Below are positions 24,112-33,814 of a DNA stretch of 64,000 bases, one piece after another; the first letter of the stretch is position 1; the number at the start of each line of letters is the position of its first letter. The stretch is from Barthelona sp. PCE. Taxonomy: Eukaryota. The notes beneath the pieces are model-generated. The model saw nothing but the letters and a program-made list of their open reading frames with translations. It was not told the origin of the DNA and searched no databases. The stretch is from the NCBI GenBank assembly GCA_040285745.1, contig JAUFOR010000008.1:744001-808000 (forward strand), given 5' to 3'. The translations under genes and the position numbers were made by a program.

Positions 24112-24873
24112 ATTTAGATTTTTTTAGTAAATTTCCTTTAAGGTATATTCACTCATGTTGAAAGAAAATTTTTCTTCAGTAGTTACTTACCACTACTCAT
24201 TGCAATTTCCTTTCTTAAACTTCTTTCTTCAAATTCCTATTTTTCAACTTTCCAACTCATATATATGCATAATGAAATGAATAAGTAATAAAATGCTCTA
24301 GAAACAATTTTTGATGTTAAACATTTTTGAGTTAATCACGTTGTTATCGCTTTTTTTCATGTTTAACCATGCTTTTTGTGACAGCAAGTCATTTAATGTG
24401 AATAAAAACGATAAGAAATAATAAACAAAATTTCTTTCCTTTTTATTTAATCAAGTGCATGATTATTTGTGCTCTATTCTGTATATGTACAACTCTAACC
24501 TGACAATTAGTCCTGATCAACACACCATGATCAGCGTGTATTATGTGAATCACATCTGATGAGAGATGGTAACTAGAACTATAAATAATTTCAATGACAT
24601 GATTCAACCATTAAATGATGCACACTGGGAAAAGGTGAAAAACGATGAAAAGCAACTAAACAAGGAAATGAGAAGGAAAAAAAAGATAATGACTTCACAA
24701 GGGCTGAGTTCTCTCGGATACATGCATGAATAAGTTCCTAAGATCGAGGTCTCATAATTGAGTTCCCACCCCATAATAAAAAATAGTAAAAGAAATCCGG
24801 AATGTACATGAAGGTACGTAATTCGGATAGCACATCCATCATTCAACAAGCAAAATGCAATATCATCAAAAAA

Positions 24874-24945
24874 TGCATGTGGGAAGAATCGAACTCCCGG
24901 CCTCTGCGATGCGAGCGCAGCGCTATACCACTTAGCTACACACGC
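24874..24945 (-). tRNA. tRNA-Ala (CGC)
   Basis: Cloverleaf GCGTGTG/CACATGC with G3:U70; anticodon arm CTGCG-CTCGCAT-CGCAG; TTCGATT T-loop; followed by a T6 terminator. Confidence 0.95.
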
Positions 24946-25520
24946 TTTGTTAGTTTAACGGAAAATGTTATTCAATATTTGACATATATTATCTAATGTC
25001 GTATTTTTTTAGTCCGGCATTGAAAATAACACTACCACCGTTGTTAGTTTTAATTTTTGTATCCAAAAAAATGTAAATTAATTAAAAAAGAAAGAAAAAA
25101 AAACTTTTTTAAATTATTAGCATTTTACACTTTTAGTACTATATTCTTTATCAATCTCGTAAATAAAGCTGTAAATAAGCTTTAATATTATAAAATTACA
25201 ACAAAACGAATTTACTACTTTTTATAGGATTGGATTTTGTAAATTAAATGTTGGACAATGGTGTTTATCTATACATATGGTCTTTTACGCACAGCTAGAT
25301 TTAGATTATTTATCAACAAGGCCCAATCAATGAAGTTCGGATGCTTAATAATTAATCCACAAAAATATGTAATATTAACCAAAAGAAATAGTACTCAAAA
25401 TTCAATGGTCATCTTCCTCATACCTTCATTCGTGAGAATATTATATTATAAAATTATATCTCTGAAATATAAAAATGATGTTTTCTAAGCATACACATTC
25501 CAAGCACAATCCAATCTCCT

Positions 25521-25604
25521 TTTAGTTCGAAACTGTGTGCCATACAGGGTATGGTTCAGACTGAATTTGAAATAAAGCTTAACATGAAGAGAACGTTGAA
25601 ATTC
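25521..25604 (+). repeat. Left inverted repeat
   Basis: By hand alignment ~72/86 columns match the reverse complement of 29441-29523; perfect 24-bp core AAAGCTTAACATGAAGAGAACGTT at 25574-25597. Confidence 0.9.
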
Positions 25605-25643
25605 CAGTATGTAATTATATTTTCAAAGAATGCACAGTGAAGA

Positions 25644-28600
25644 ATGAATGTAAATGTATTTGCAATGATAAGCAGATGCAGTGAATCAATCAATCTACCA
25701 CTTGAAGCAATTACTGCAGTGGAAGAACAGCCACGAGAATATCAAAACAATTTGTATGTTGAGATTACATCCAAAAATGGAGGTCACACCCAGGTATCTC
25801 ACCGGTATACTGTCTCTGGTGGTATTTATGCAACGAATGCAAACTTTAAATCGGAGAAATATTGCATTTTCGCCCATGAAGTTTGTGTTGATCTCTACAA
25901 CAACGAAATCAGAGAATCTGGCTTCAAACTTGGTGATGGATGCTTGACAAAAGCTCAGGGTCAGATGTGTGGTTTAAACATATTCACAGGGAAAATTTGG
26001 TTACATCAGCTGAATTTAATGGAACAGGCAAGGATTATAAGATCTTTACGTACTGAAAGAAATCATATAATTAAAAGGAGCTTCCTTCCAGATGAATATA
26101 TTAACAGAGTTTTGTTGGATAACTATTCACAGGGAGAACTTGAGCGACAAAAATCGCCATACAAAAGCCATTCATCCAATCGACCCTTCATCAGCAGTTC
26201 ACAATACAAAAAGCTGTTTGATTCGGACGATTTCATAAGGAACGGGGCATGGTTGGAATGCACAGATTTAAAAACAATTACTGAATCATTATATGTTGAA
26301 AAATCAGGTATTTCACCTCTTAATGTGCATAAAATTGCTGTAATGCTTCCCAAAAACTTAGCCACGTATGAACCAATGGGTTCTAGGGCATACAACGTCA
26401 GAAAATTGAGCTTGAAAGAAATTGAAAGACGATATAACCTTTCCGTACAGAATGAATTCAAGAAATTCATTCAATATCACGATAAGGTGATACATCCATT
26501 CATTTTGAAAACGTTAATACATTCAATGAAAAAGCAAGCAGATTTTTTTAAAGTACCAACCGTCGGTAGCTTTCAGTATGACGCATCCAGTAATAAGTAC
26601 CAAACGTACATTATTAACTTTAGCGTTCCAAAAGATTTATCTATTTCGCTTAAGGAGGGCAGTATATTCGATGAGGACTTTCCCATGATCGATATTGATC
26701 ACAAATTTTGTACCTTGTCTGAGCATTTGAATAGCTTACGTGGTAAGACTATCGTTTTTGATATTGGTAATTGCGAATACACGAATATCGATGATCATAC
26801 CACCCCCAGTGACCAGTTGCCTGAAGGGCAGCGCTACTTTACGCATGTGAGGAAGGATTATGGCAAGCGAGCACAGGATGTTTCCTATCATATACTCTCA
26901 GCTTTCAAGCGCTATGGTGTTATTGATTCGTTCACAATCATCGAGAAAAAGTACAATAATTGTTGGAGATTACACGACTGTATAATCGATATGGGAGATA
27001 CTAAGCTCAAGATTGTTCTTGGAACTGACAATGGGTTACCTGAGCAGCTTGCCTGTCAGAAGATGGTGGATGCCTGTCTTTATTTTTCTCGTCAGCCATG
27101 TACCTGTCATGTTATGAACAAGGCTTTAGCCAAAACATGTGGTTTTGAGGCAATTGATACTTTAGCTGTAGCTGAAGCAGTTTTTGATAGCCTTTATGGT
27201 TTCATGAATACTCATTCAGATCAGCAGTGGCAGGATAGACTTTCAGACATCGGATCAATCCCTAATAGTATTGTCAAGAGGCTTTACAAGCAGCTTGAAG
27301 GCAAACAGTTATTCACTAATCGCTGTACAGCACGCTCCCCCCTGGTTAGGCTATCCTCTGTGGTGCAACTCAATAAGACCCATGAGTTGTTTGAGGATGT
27401 TCCAGATAATGCTTCGATTGAAGAAGTAGATGATGAGACATTCTCTAGTATTGTGTATGATACCAATGAGAATTTTAAGGATGAAGCGCTGCTCTTCATG
27501 TTTGCATATGTATCGTATTTTGAGTCATCATGTGTCGATTTTTTGAACCAGCATCAGAATTACAAATTTTTAGATATTCAAAAGTTTGTCAATAACATCG
27601 TTGGTTATGAGGCAAGGGGGAGATCTTCACAGAACAGGGAGCAGCCGTCATTTCAAGAAACAGTGCCCAACTACAGCAACTTTACCTACCATCTCACATT
27701 AACACCGTTATACGATTATGCCAAGCAGATACAGCAACAAAAGCAGTACTTGAAGACATTCGCTGGTATTCAGACCATTTTAAGTGCTGAACTCATGCAA
27801 TTAGGGTTAAAGTACCACTTATTGTTGTGTGACTTTAGAGATAGTAGTGTCCTTCAACATGTTCGATGGGGTTCAGTAGAGTCCATTTGCGATATCTTAT
27901 GCGGATCTCTGTACGTTGATATACCCTTGGGTGCGTTGGAACAAGCACTTGATGTTGAAATTCATGATGATGCATCAACAGACAGTATTTCTACCTCAAT
28001 AGTTTTAAATATTTCACATTTTGAACTCACAAAGAACTTTTTTTACGGCAGGTATGAGAATGACGATGAATCAATGTTGAAAATCAAGCGCATTTTATCT
28101 TCAACTGATAACACTTATGATTCCAATACACACTATCGTCACTTTCTAAGCCCTTTATACAAGGAGCCTCAAGGGTTTTCTTTGGAGCAAGAGATGTGGG
28201 AAATGTGCCGTGTATATCTGCGTGCTTTTCGTTGTATGGTGTTCGTGCAACAATTGTGCAGCGCCGAATCAACGTCTGTTTTGCAAGCTTATCATCACGT
28301 TGCAAAGTTGCTGTTCTATATCCTGAAGAACCGAAGTGATGCTGCAAGAGAGCACACAGAAACATTTTTGTACAAGTACCTCTCTGGTTTGTTCGAGTAT
28401 TTGCGCCATTATTTTTGCAAGTATCTCATAATGCCCGAACCATTGGCAGCATATCTGCTCTGCAGTGAAGAAGATGTGTGGGTTGAAACCATTTCTAATG
28501 AACATAGGAGTAGTTTTGCTGAAGAGTTGTATGACGAGTTTTTAAAAGCAAAGCTGAAGTATATCATAGCTCCTGATAACACTGAGCTTTCTGATAAAAG

Positions 28601-29297
28601 CTTTGAATTTGCACGTCTTAAAGGATTGATGATCTATTCATTTTTGCCAACAAAGTTCCAAGCGGCTGGGCCCGATTTCCCTTTTGCTAGTATTACAGTT
28701 TTACACACTAATTTTGAACGGGAGATAAGTAATGAGTTCAGGAATTTTGGATATTACAAAGGCTTGGTTGCCCATATCATTTCCATTCTCTGTTCCAATT
28801 TTGATGCATGTTTCTCTGCTTCCTGCGAAAGTCGGGAAAAGGGAATTGTACATCAAACCGTTGAAGAGAGATCAAATGATTCCCAATTTCTTATGATTGC
28901 TATAGTATCCCCAAGACGAAGAAGACTAGCCAGAGAATCGAGAACAGTTGACGGCACACCAACACGTATTCAGAGGACTGAGAGGAATAAGTATGATTTT
29001 TCCGATCAGGGTGTGCGTGAAACTGATATCCGTCTAGCGCTTGCCTATGGTCACACGAATCCAGCAGTGAAAGGTGTGGAAAAGATACGGGAATTAGTGC
29101 ATAAGTACAAAAACACTGTAGCAAGTAATGCTGGTATTGAACTTGGGTTTTCTAGATTTAAAAATTCTCATAGTGCACAGCAATCAAGAATTAAACCGCA
29201 ATTGCGGTATAGTTGGTACGTGTTCAATAATAGTACTGCAACGTCAGCAATTTCTATCGAGGATTTTAAAGCTCTAAGGTTCAGGAGTGAAGAATAA
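25644..29297 (+). CDS. 1217-aa orphan protein with candidate RNase H-fold (DDE) nuclease core at aa ~370-515
   Basis: Intact long ORF (start at 25644 or 25665). QDVSY…VIDSFT…LGTDNG…AVAEAVFDSL resembles IS3/rve integrase motifs; function is inferred only. Confidence 0.75.
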   Translation: MNVNVFAMISRCSESINLPLEAITAVEEQPREYQNNLYVEITSKNGGHTQVSHRYTVSGGIYATNANFKSEKYCIFAHEVCVDLYNNEIRESGFKLGDGCLTKAQGQMCGLNIFTGKIWLHQLNLMEQARIIRSLRTERNHIIKRSFLPDEYINRVLLDNYSQGELERQKSPYKSHSSNRPFISSSQYKKLFDSDDFIRNGAWLECTDLKTITESLYVEKSGISPLNVHKIAVMLPKNLATYEPMGSRAYNVRKLSLKEIERRYNLSVQNEFKKFIQYHDKVIHPFILKTLIHSMKKQADFFKVPTVGSFQYDASSNKYQTYIINFSVPKDLSISLKEGSIFDEDFPMIDIDHKFCTLSEHLNSLRGKTIVFDIGNCEYTNIDDHTTPSDQLPEGQRYFTHVRKDYGKRAQDVSYHILSAFKRYGVIDSFTIIEKKYNNCWRLHDCIIDMGDTKLKIVLGTDNGLPEQLACQKMVDACLYFSRQPCTCHVMNKALAKTCGFEAIDTLAVAEAVFDSLYGFMNTHSDQQWQDRLSDIGSIPNSIVKRLYKQLEGKQLFTNRCTARSPLVRLSSVVQLNKTHELFEDVPDNASIEEVDDETFSSIVYDTNENFKDEALLFMFAYVSYFESSCVDFLNQHQNYKFLDIQKFVNNIVGYEARGRSSQNREQPSFQETVPNYSNFTYHLTLTPLYDYAKQIQQQKQYLKTFAGIQTILSAELMQLGLKYHLLLCDFRDSSVLQHVRWGSVESICDILCGSLYVDIPLGALEQALDVEIHDDASTDSISTSIVLNISHFELTKNFFYGRYENDDESMLKIKRILSSTDNTYDSNTHYRHFLSPLYKEPQGFSLEQEMWEMCRVYLRAFRCMVFVQQLCSAESTSVLQAYHHVAKLLFYILKNRSDAAREHTETFLYKYLSGLFEYLRHYFCKYLIMPEPLAAYLLCSEEDVWVETISNEHRSSFAEELYDEFLKAKLKYIIAPDNTELSDKSFEFARLKGLMIYSFLPTKFQAAGPDFPFASITVLHTNFEREISNEFRNFGYYKGLVAHIISILCSNFDACFSASCESREKGIVHQTVEERSNDSQFLMIAIVSPRRRRLARESRTVDGTPTRIQRTERNKYDFSDQGVRETDIRLALAYGHTNPAVKGVEKIRELVHKYKNTVASNAGIELGFSRFKNSHSAQQSRIKPQLRYSWYVFNNSTATSAISIEDFKALRFRSEE

Positions 29298-29440
29298 CCA
29301 GAAAATGAGTAAGAAGTTCATTGTATTTATTTCGCTTTTACTGTACGTATTTTGGGATATTTGCATAGTACTCTAACCCTTTTAGGTCTTAAAATAAAAA
29401 ATATTGAACCACTTTGACCCACGAGTTTTCAAACCTCATT

Positions 29441-29523
29441 GAATTTTAACGTTCTCTTCATGTTAAGCTTTTATGTCAAAAGTCAGTCTGAAACACCCAG
29501 TATGCCAATAGTTTAGATCTAAA
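29441..29523 (-). repeat. Right inverted repeat
   Basis: Reverse complement of the left IR; perfect core at 29448-29471. Confidence 0.9.
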
Positions 29524-29917
29524 GAGCCACGGTCTTTTGAATGGTTCCTGTTTATTTAATGTTTTCCATATTTTTTTTCTTCTTTATCAAGGTAACAAAT
29601 AAAAACCTTCCTTTTTTTATGTATATTCAGACTTCAAATTCTGTCTGCTTCACGCTCAATATGGAATATATTTCAACCGATGCATCAACTATTCGCGTTT
29701 CCTAAATATCCATAAAACCAAATAAATAACACTGCCCACAAATCAATCCCTCAATTTCCCAAAAAAGGCTACAATAGTGGGTTAAAAATGGTAAGCATAT
29801 TCATTTCTAATATACACAATATTACACCCTACTCCACTGTCACATGATCCCCACACACATCATTAGGACTTACATAACTCGGCAGAATGCATGTTCAATT
29901 CTTTTTTAACCTTTACA

Positions 29918-30931
29918 ATGAGATTACAAGGTCTTTTTTTATTTCTAATACTTTCATCATCACTTTTATTGGGAAGAGCTACTATTTTGAGCGCAGAAGG
30001 TTGTACCAAACTCGTTCAAGCTCGAAACCCTAAATACACAAAGTATTGCAAGTACCCAGCCTACCGATCTCATTTAGGCCGTGCAGCTGATCGTTACTGT
30101 GGTGGTTTCATCACAGAGAAATGTTTAAAACGCATATTGAAGTCAAACGGAGGTTCATTGGATCGTGCTATTCCAAGAACTAATCGTATTAGCAATTCGA
30201 AGATTGCAATCATCGACAGCCACAAATATACGGAGGTTACAGCCGAAACAATTGATATTCCAGGACTAGGAGTTCCAACAGAGCAACAGCTACCGTCTCA
30301 TCCGAAGAGAGATCCTAAGATGCGTGGACAACCAGCAACAGTTCGCTTCGGCGCTGTGGGTCATCGTGCTACAGTTCTTAAGGGTGTTTTTGACCCCAAA
30401 ACAGGTCAATTCTGGATGGATTCAGTTTCTCGACCTCCAGTTCCTGTGTATTCAAACGTCCCTTTCAAGTTAACTGAGTTAAATCCCAAGAAGGGGTGTC
30501 AGAGTAAGAAGGGTGGCTTTTTCGGAAAGCTAATCATGTCTTGCAAGCCATGGGTCACTTCCTCAGAAAATCCTTCTGTAGACGTTTACATTCCCAACGA
30601 TGAAGAGTTCAAGACTTTTGCTGCTGGCTCCGTTTTTGAGCTGAAAATGCGCTCAGGAGATGTCAATCTTGTGTATAAAGATGATCATCTCATTAAGCAC
30701 AAGACAGTTCCCGGACGAGGAGGATTTTTTGCAAGATTCAAGTTGATTGCAATTCCTGCACACGTACAAATGTATCGTGTTGGCGGGTCGGGGATGTTAA
30801 AACATGGTGACATTGTTTCATTTTGCCGAGATGGTGTGAAAAAGATACAGCCTCAGAGAGGGTTTGCTTTTATGTTGAAAAAGCATTCTTCTGTTGAGTG
30901 TCCTCGCTTCAAATTATCAACTGAACACTAA
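29918..30931 (+). CDS. Secreted basic, Cys-containing protein, unknown function
   Basis: Signal peptide MRLQGLFLFLILSSSLLLGRA; K/R/G-rich; repeated GGFF motif. Confidence 0.7.
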   Translation: MRLQGLFLFLILSSSLLLGRATILSAEGCTKLVQARNPKYTKYCKYPAYRSHLGRAADRYCGGFITEKCLKRILKSNGGSLDRAIPRTNRISNSKIAIIDSHKYTEVTAETIDIPGLGVPTEQQLPSHPKRDPKMRGQPATVRFGAVGHRATVLKGVFDPKTGQFWMDSVSRPPVPVYSNVPFKLTELNPKKGCQSKKGGFFGKLIMSCKPWVTSSENPSVDVYIPNDEEFKTFAAGSVFELKMRSGDVNLVYKDDHLIKHKTVPGRGGFFARFKLIAIPAHVQMYRVGGSGMLKHGDIVSFCRDGVKKIQPQRGFAFMLKKHSSVECPRFKLSTEH

Positions 30932-31044
30932 TCATATCATTTCAGAAGTAAATATTATTCGTCTTCTTTAAACGGACAAGATAATTTCAGCATTTGCAAT
31001 TCAGTAATGAACCTGATTACATTTTTTATACCTCCTTTCAGATT

Positions 31045-33132
31045 ATGCCAAGAGTTTCTCAAAGAGAGGGCGTATTTTTAACTAAACGATACAGAGAAGA
31101 TGTGATAATGACCGTAAATGAAGCAGAAGGTAATATTGGATTTATCACAATCTCTGAGGATTTCATCACAAACAAAGGGTCCTTCCGCTCTATGCCAAAA
31201 TCAGAACACCGTTGTGCAGGAGTAATAGGGGGTAAAACGATTCTGGGACACAATTTTTTTTATTCTTTTACAATTACTCATAAAATCGATGATATTTGTA
31301 TGGTGAGGATATATTTTTGGTATATTTCTACAAGTGGGCCACATGAAATTTCTGAAACAGTAGAATTTGATGCTATTTTATCAAGTAGTAAGTGGCAGGA
31401 TTTTAAGCTGTTTTGCTATAGTCCTCAAACCTTTTTTCTCGTTAAAAATAACACGCTTCAGGTGGAATATGCTCAAAAAGAGGGAAATAAGGTGGAAATT
31501 GAGTTAAATGATTTCGAGCTCATCAGTCAGACTACTTTTTCCAGAGCTCTTCCCGTTTTTTCATATGAAGAGGGTGGAATGTTCGGTTTGTACCGGATGT
31601 ATTGCTATTTAGATGATAATCTACTGCTACAGCCATTAAACAGTAATCATTCCGATCAAATTGATTACTTTATTGATGTTATCAACGCAGATTGTTTGCT
31701 GCACGTCACTGAGAATGAAGAGGAGTACGGATTAATCAAGCTGTTTGTACTCAGTGATGGTCCTAATCACATTGATCTATTTCAAGTTTTTCCATCACTA
31801 AAATCATGCTTATCAAAACTTGACTTCAACAGCTGTCACACTATGATCATATATGAGTTGACTCAGGAAGTATTTGAGTTTGCTCTTGTTTTTAAAGGTA
31901 ATTTGATGTATTGTCATGCAAACACTAGTGGAACAACTGAACTCGTTCAGTTTTCACACTGTTTACGTGGAAACAAACTTTTTTTGATGTCTAGCGAGCC
32001 AAATGCCTTCCAGAAGATGCAATCATTCTGTTTTAAAGCAAATTTGCCTGATATTTTTGGGATAGAGATGGTCGAGGTAGATTCGTTTTGCCTTAATCAT
32101 TACGTCTATCGAAGTGATAAAAACATATTCAATGATTTCACTCTCAATCACAGTTTTTGCCAGTACGCCTCCAATAATCTTTTAGTCTTCAAAGCACATA
32201 ACTACACTGAAAAAACAAAAACAGCCACCGTAATATTTGATACTGCAAACAAAACAACGCGAATTATGGACCAAATGGATAAATACTACTCGGTTAGATG
32301 CAACCCGATCATTGGTAATCGCTATATCCTACTGTTAGCAAAAGATACTCAGGGAAATAGGGAAATTACTTACGTGATTGACTTTTTGAATGATGAGATA
32401 AATCCGTTAATTGCAATTCCTGGTCAAATTTTTACCCATGCCTTTGATGAGAAAAGGGGTCTCATTTGTAGTCTACAACATAGTTTTGATAATGATGTTA
32501 TATATTTGTTCAATGTTGAAGGCGTGTTACTGGATAAAATTCGTGTTGAAGGCGTCTACAACAGTAATACAATGTTTATTGTTAATGATGTTATTCTTCT
32601 TCAAAATTCACGATCAATTATGACGGTTTCATTCGATGAACAATTCAAAATGACTGTTGAAGAAAACCACAGATCGTCTCCCTTTTTCTGTTATAATCCA
32701 TTCAAAAAGGAGCTGTGGGGCAGAGATGGTGATGATATTACTCGTGCGTATCCTGTCGAAAAAAATATCGTCTTAAATTCTGCCAATGATGTTATTGATG
32801 TTAACAGTTATCATTTTAATGACGGAAAGCTGGTATTTTTCAGTGAAAAATTAATTGTCACAGACCTTAATCCACCTTTTGTATATCAGTATTGTGATAG
32901 AAGCAAAACATTAGAGTTTGTGGAGCAATTGAGTCACAGATTCGGTGAAAAACTTCTGTTGATCGAACCATCGATTGAAGAATGTGCTTTGGTGCAAGTT
33001 TTCAGCAAACATAATCCGTTACGCTTTGTTGTTGAGAAAAGAAGCGATGTTGAAGTTGAAACATCGGTTTTTGGATTTTTGGATATGATGAAAACCTTTG
33101 ATGTGATAATTGTCAATGTAGATTTCGATTAA
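31045..33132 (+). CDS. Lineage-specific multigene family protein (MPR-start, beta-rich)
   Basis: First ATG gives MPRVSQ; shares ID..NADC, NH.DL…FP.LK and LTQ.VF motifs with 40363-42540. Confidence 0.75.
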   Translation: MPRVSQREGVFLTKRYREDVIMTVNEAEGNIGFITISEDFITNKGSFRSMPKSEHRCAGVIGGKTILGHNFFYSFTITHKIDDICMVRIYFWYISTSGPHEISETVEFDAILSSSKWQDFKLFCYSPQTFFLVKNNTLQVEYAQKEGNKVEIELNDFELISQTTFSRALPVFSYEEGGMFGLYRMYCYLDDNLLLQPLNSNHSDQIDYFIDVINADCLLHVTENEEEYGLIKLFVLSDGPNHIDLFQVFPSLKSCLSKLDFNSCHTMIIYELTQEVFEFALVFKGNLMYCHANTSGTTELVQFSHCLRGNKLFLMSSEPNAFQKMQSFCFKANLPDIFGIEMVEVDSFCLNHYVYRSDKNIFNDFTLNHSFCQYASNNLLVFKAHNYTEKTKTATVIFDTANKTTRIMDQMDKYYSVRCNPIIGNRYILLLAKDTQGNREITYVIDFLNDEINPLIAIPGQIFTHAFDEKRGLICSLQHSFDNDVIYLFNVEGVLLDKIRVEGVYNSNTMFIVNDVILLQNSRSIMTVSFDEQFKMTVEENHRSSPFFCYNPFKKELWGRDGDDITRAYPVEKNIVLNSANDVIDVNSYHFNDGKLVFFSEKLIVTDLNPPFVYQYCDRSKTLEFVEQLSHRFGEKLLLIEPSIEECALVQVFSKHNPLRFVVEKRSDVEVETSVFGFLDMMKTFDVIIVNVDFD

Positions 33133-33537
33133 GTAATAATAGTAAATTACTTAAGTGTGGTATTCCTGAAAGAAGTTGAACTACAACTCTGGTTGATAGA
33201 GAACGGTGCAATGTCAAATGCCCAATAAACGTTCTATGTTGTGAATGTGTACTCAGATTTCTCAGCCATTCAAGAGCATGACGTAAGACTCTTTGGATGG
33301 TAAATATGATCAAATGCATACCTAGTATGGTTAAAAACGGTATTTCAGTCATGTACTACACAAGGAGGGATTGCCGGTATGCAACATTCAGTAGCATTGA
33401 TTTTCAAACAGTGTTTTTGAGTCAAATATAGCACATTAATAGTGAATATATGTATAATTAAACTTTAAAAGTTAATTTAGGGGTTATAAAAATTTTTCAA
33501 AAAAATTAAAGCTAATTAATAATTTTTAATTAATTGT

Positions 33538-33667
33538 TGATTTTCTTCCAGAGTCTCATCCATGTTAACGGGTAATAAAGGAAAGTAATCAGATTCTTTA
33601 CAGAGATCTAAGTTCGGATATGGTGCCGCATACGGGCTACCTTCTTCAGAGTTTGGAAGTCCATACA
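33538..33667 (-). repeat. Split direct repeat B2 (130 bp), element 3' end
   Basis: Identical to 33815-33944. Confidence 0.95.
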
Positions 33668-33704
33668 TCTGAAAAATAGTAGTATTTCAATTACTAAATA
33701 ATAC

Positions 33705-33814
33705 AATAAAATAAATAGGAAACCTTAAAATGGTGAGAAATTGAAATACACCCGCATACGTTCTATTCCATTCTCTGTTCAAAATCAATTACAGGATCAT
33801 CCTGATCAGGACCA
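33705..33814 (-). repeat. Split direct repeat A2 (110 bp)
   Basis: Identical to 39514-39623; abuts B1. Confidence 0.95.

Larger units (their letters stand above)
25521..29523 (+). mobile_element. Putative DNA transposon: single large ORF between imperfect inverted repeats
   Basis: IRs at 25521-25604 and 29441-29523; second copy in the window; candidate DDE motifs. No TSD found. Confidence 0.6.

Noticed and set aside
24594-24870. Decayed ORF next to tRNA-Ala, and ORF 24802-24996
   Set aside because: Short, interrupted by stops, no motif; the second is antisense to the tRNA.
28950-29110. TRIQR…LAYGH…Y near the C-terminus of the 1217-aa protein as a tyrosine recombinase motif
   Set aside because: No HxxR and no convincing upstream catalytic Arg box; too weak compared with the central acidic motifs.
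25490-29560. Target-site duplication or TG…CA termini around the IR element
   Set aside because: No direct repeat is visible in the flanks, and the outer IR boundaries fade out.
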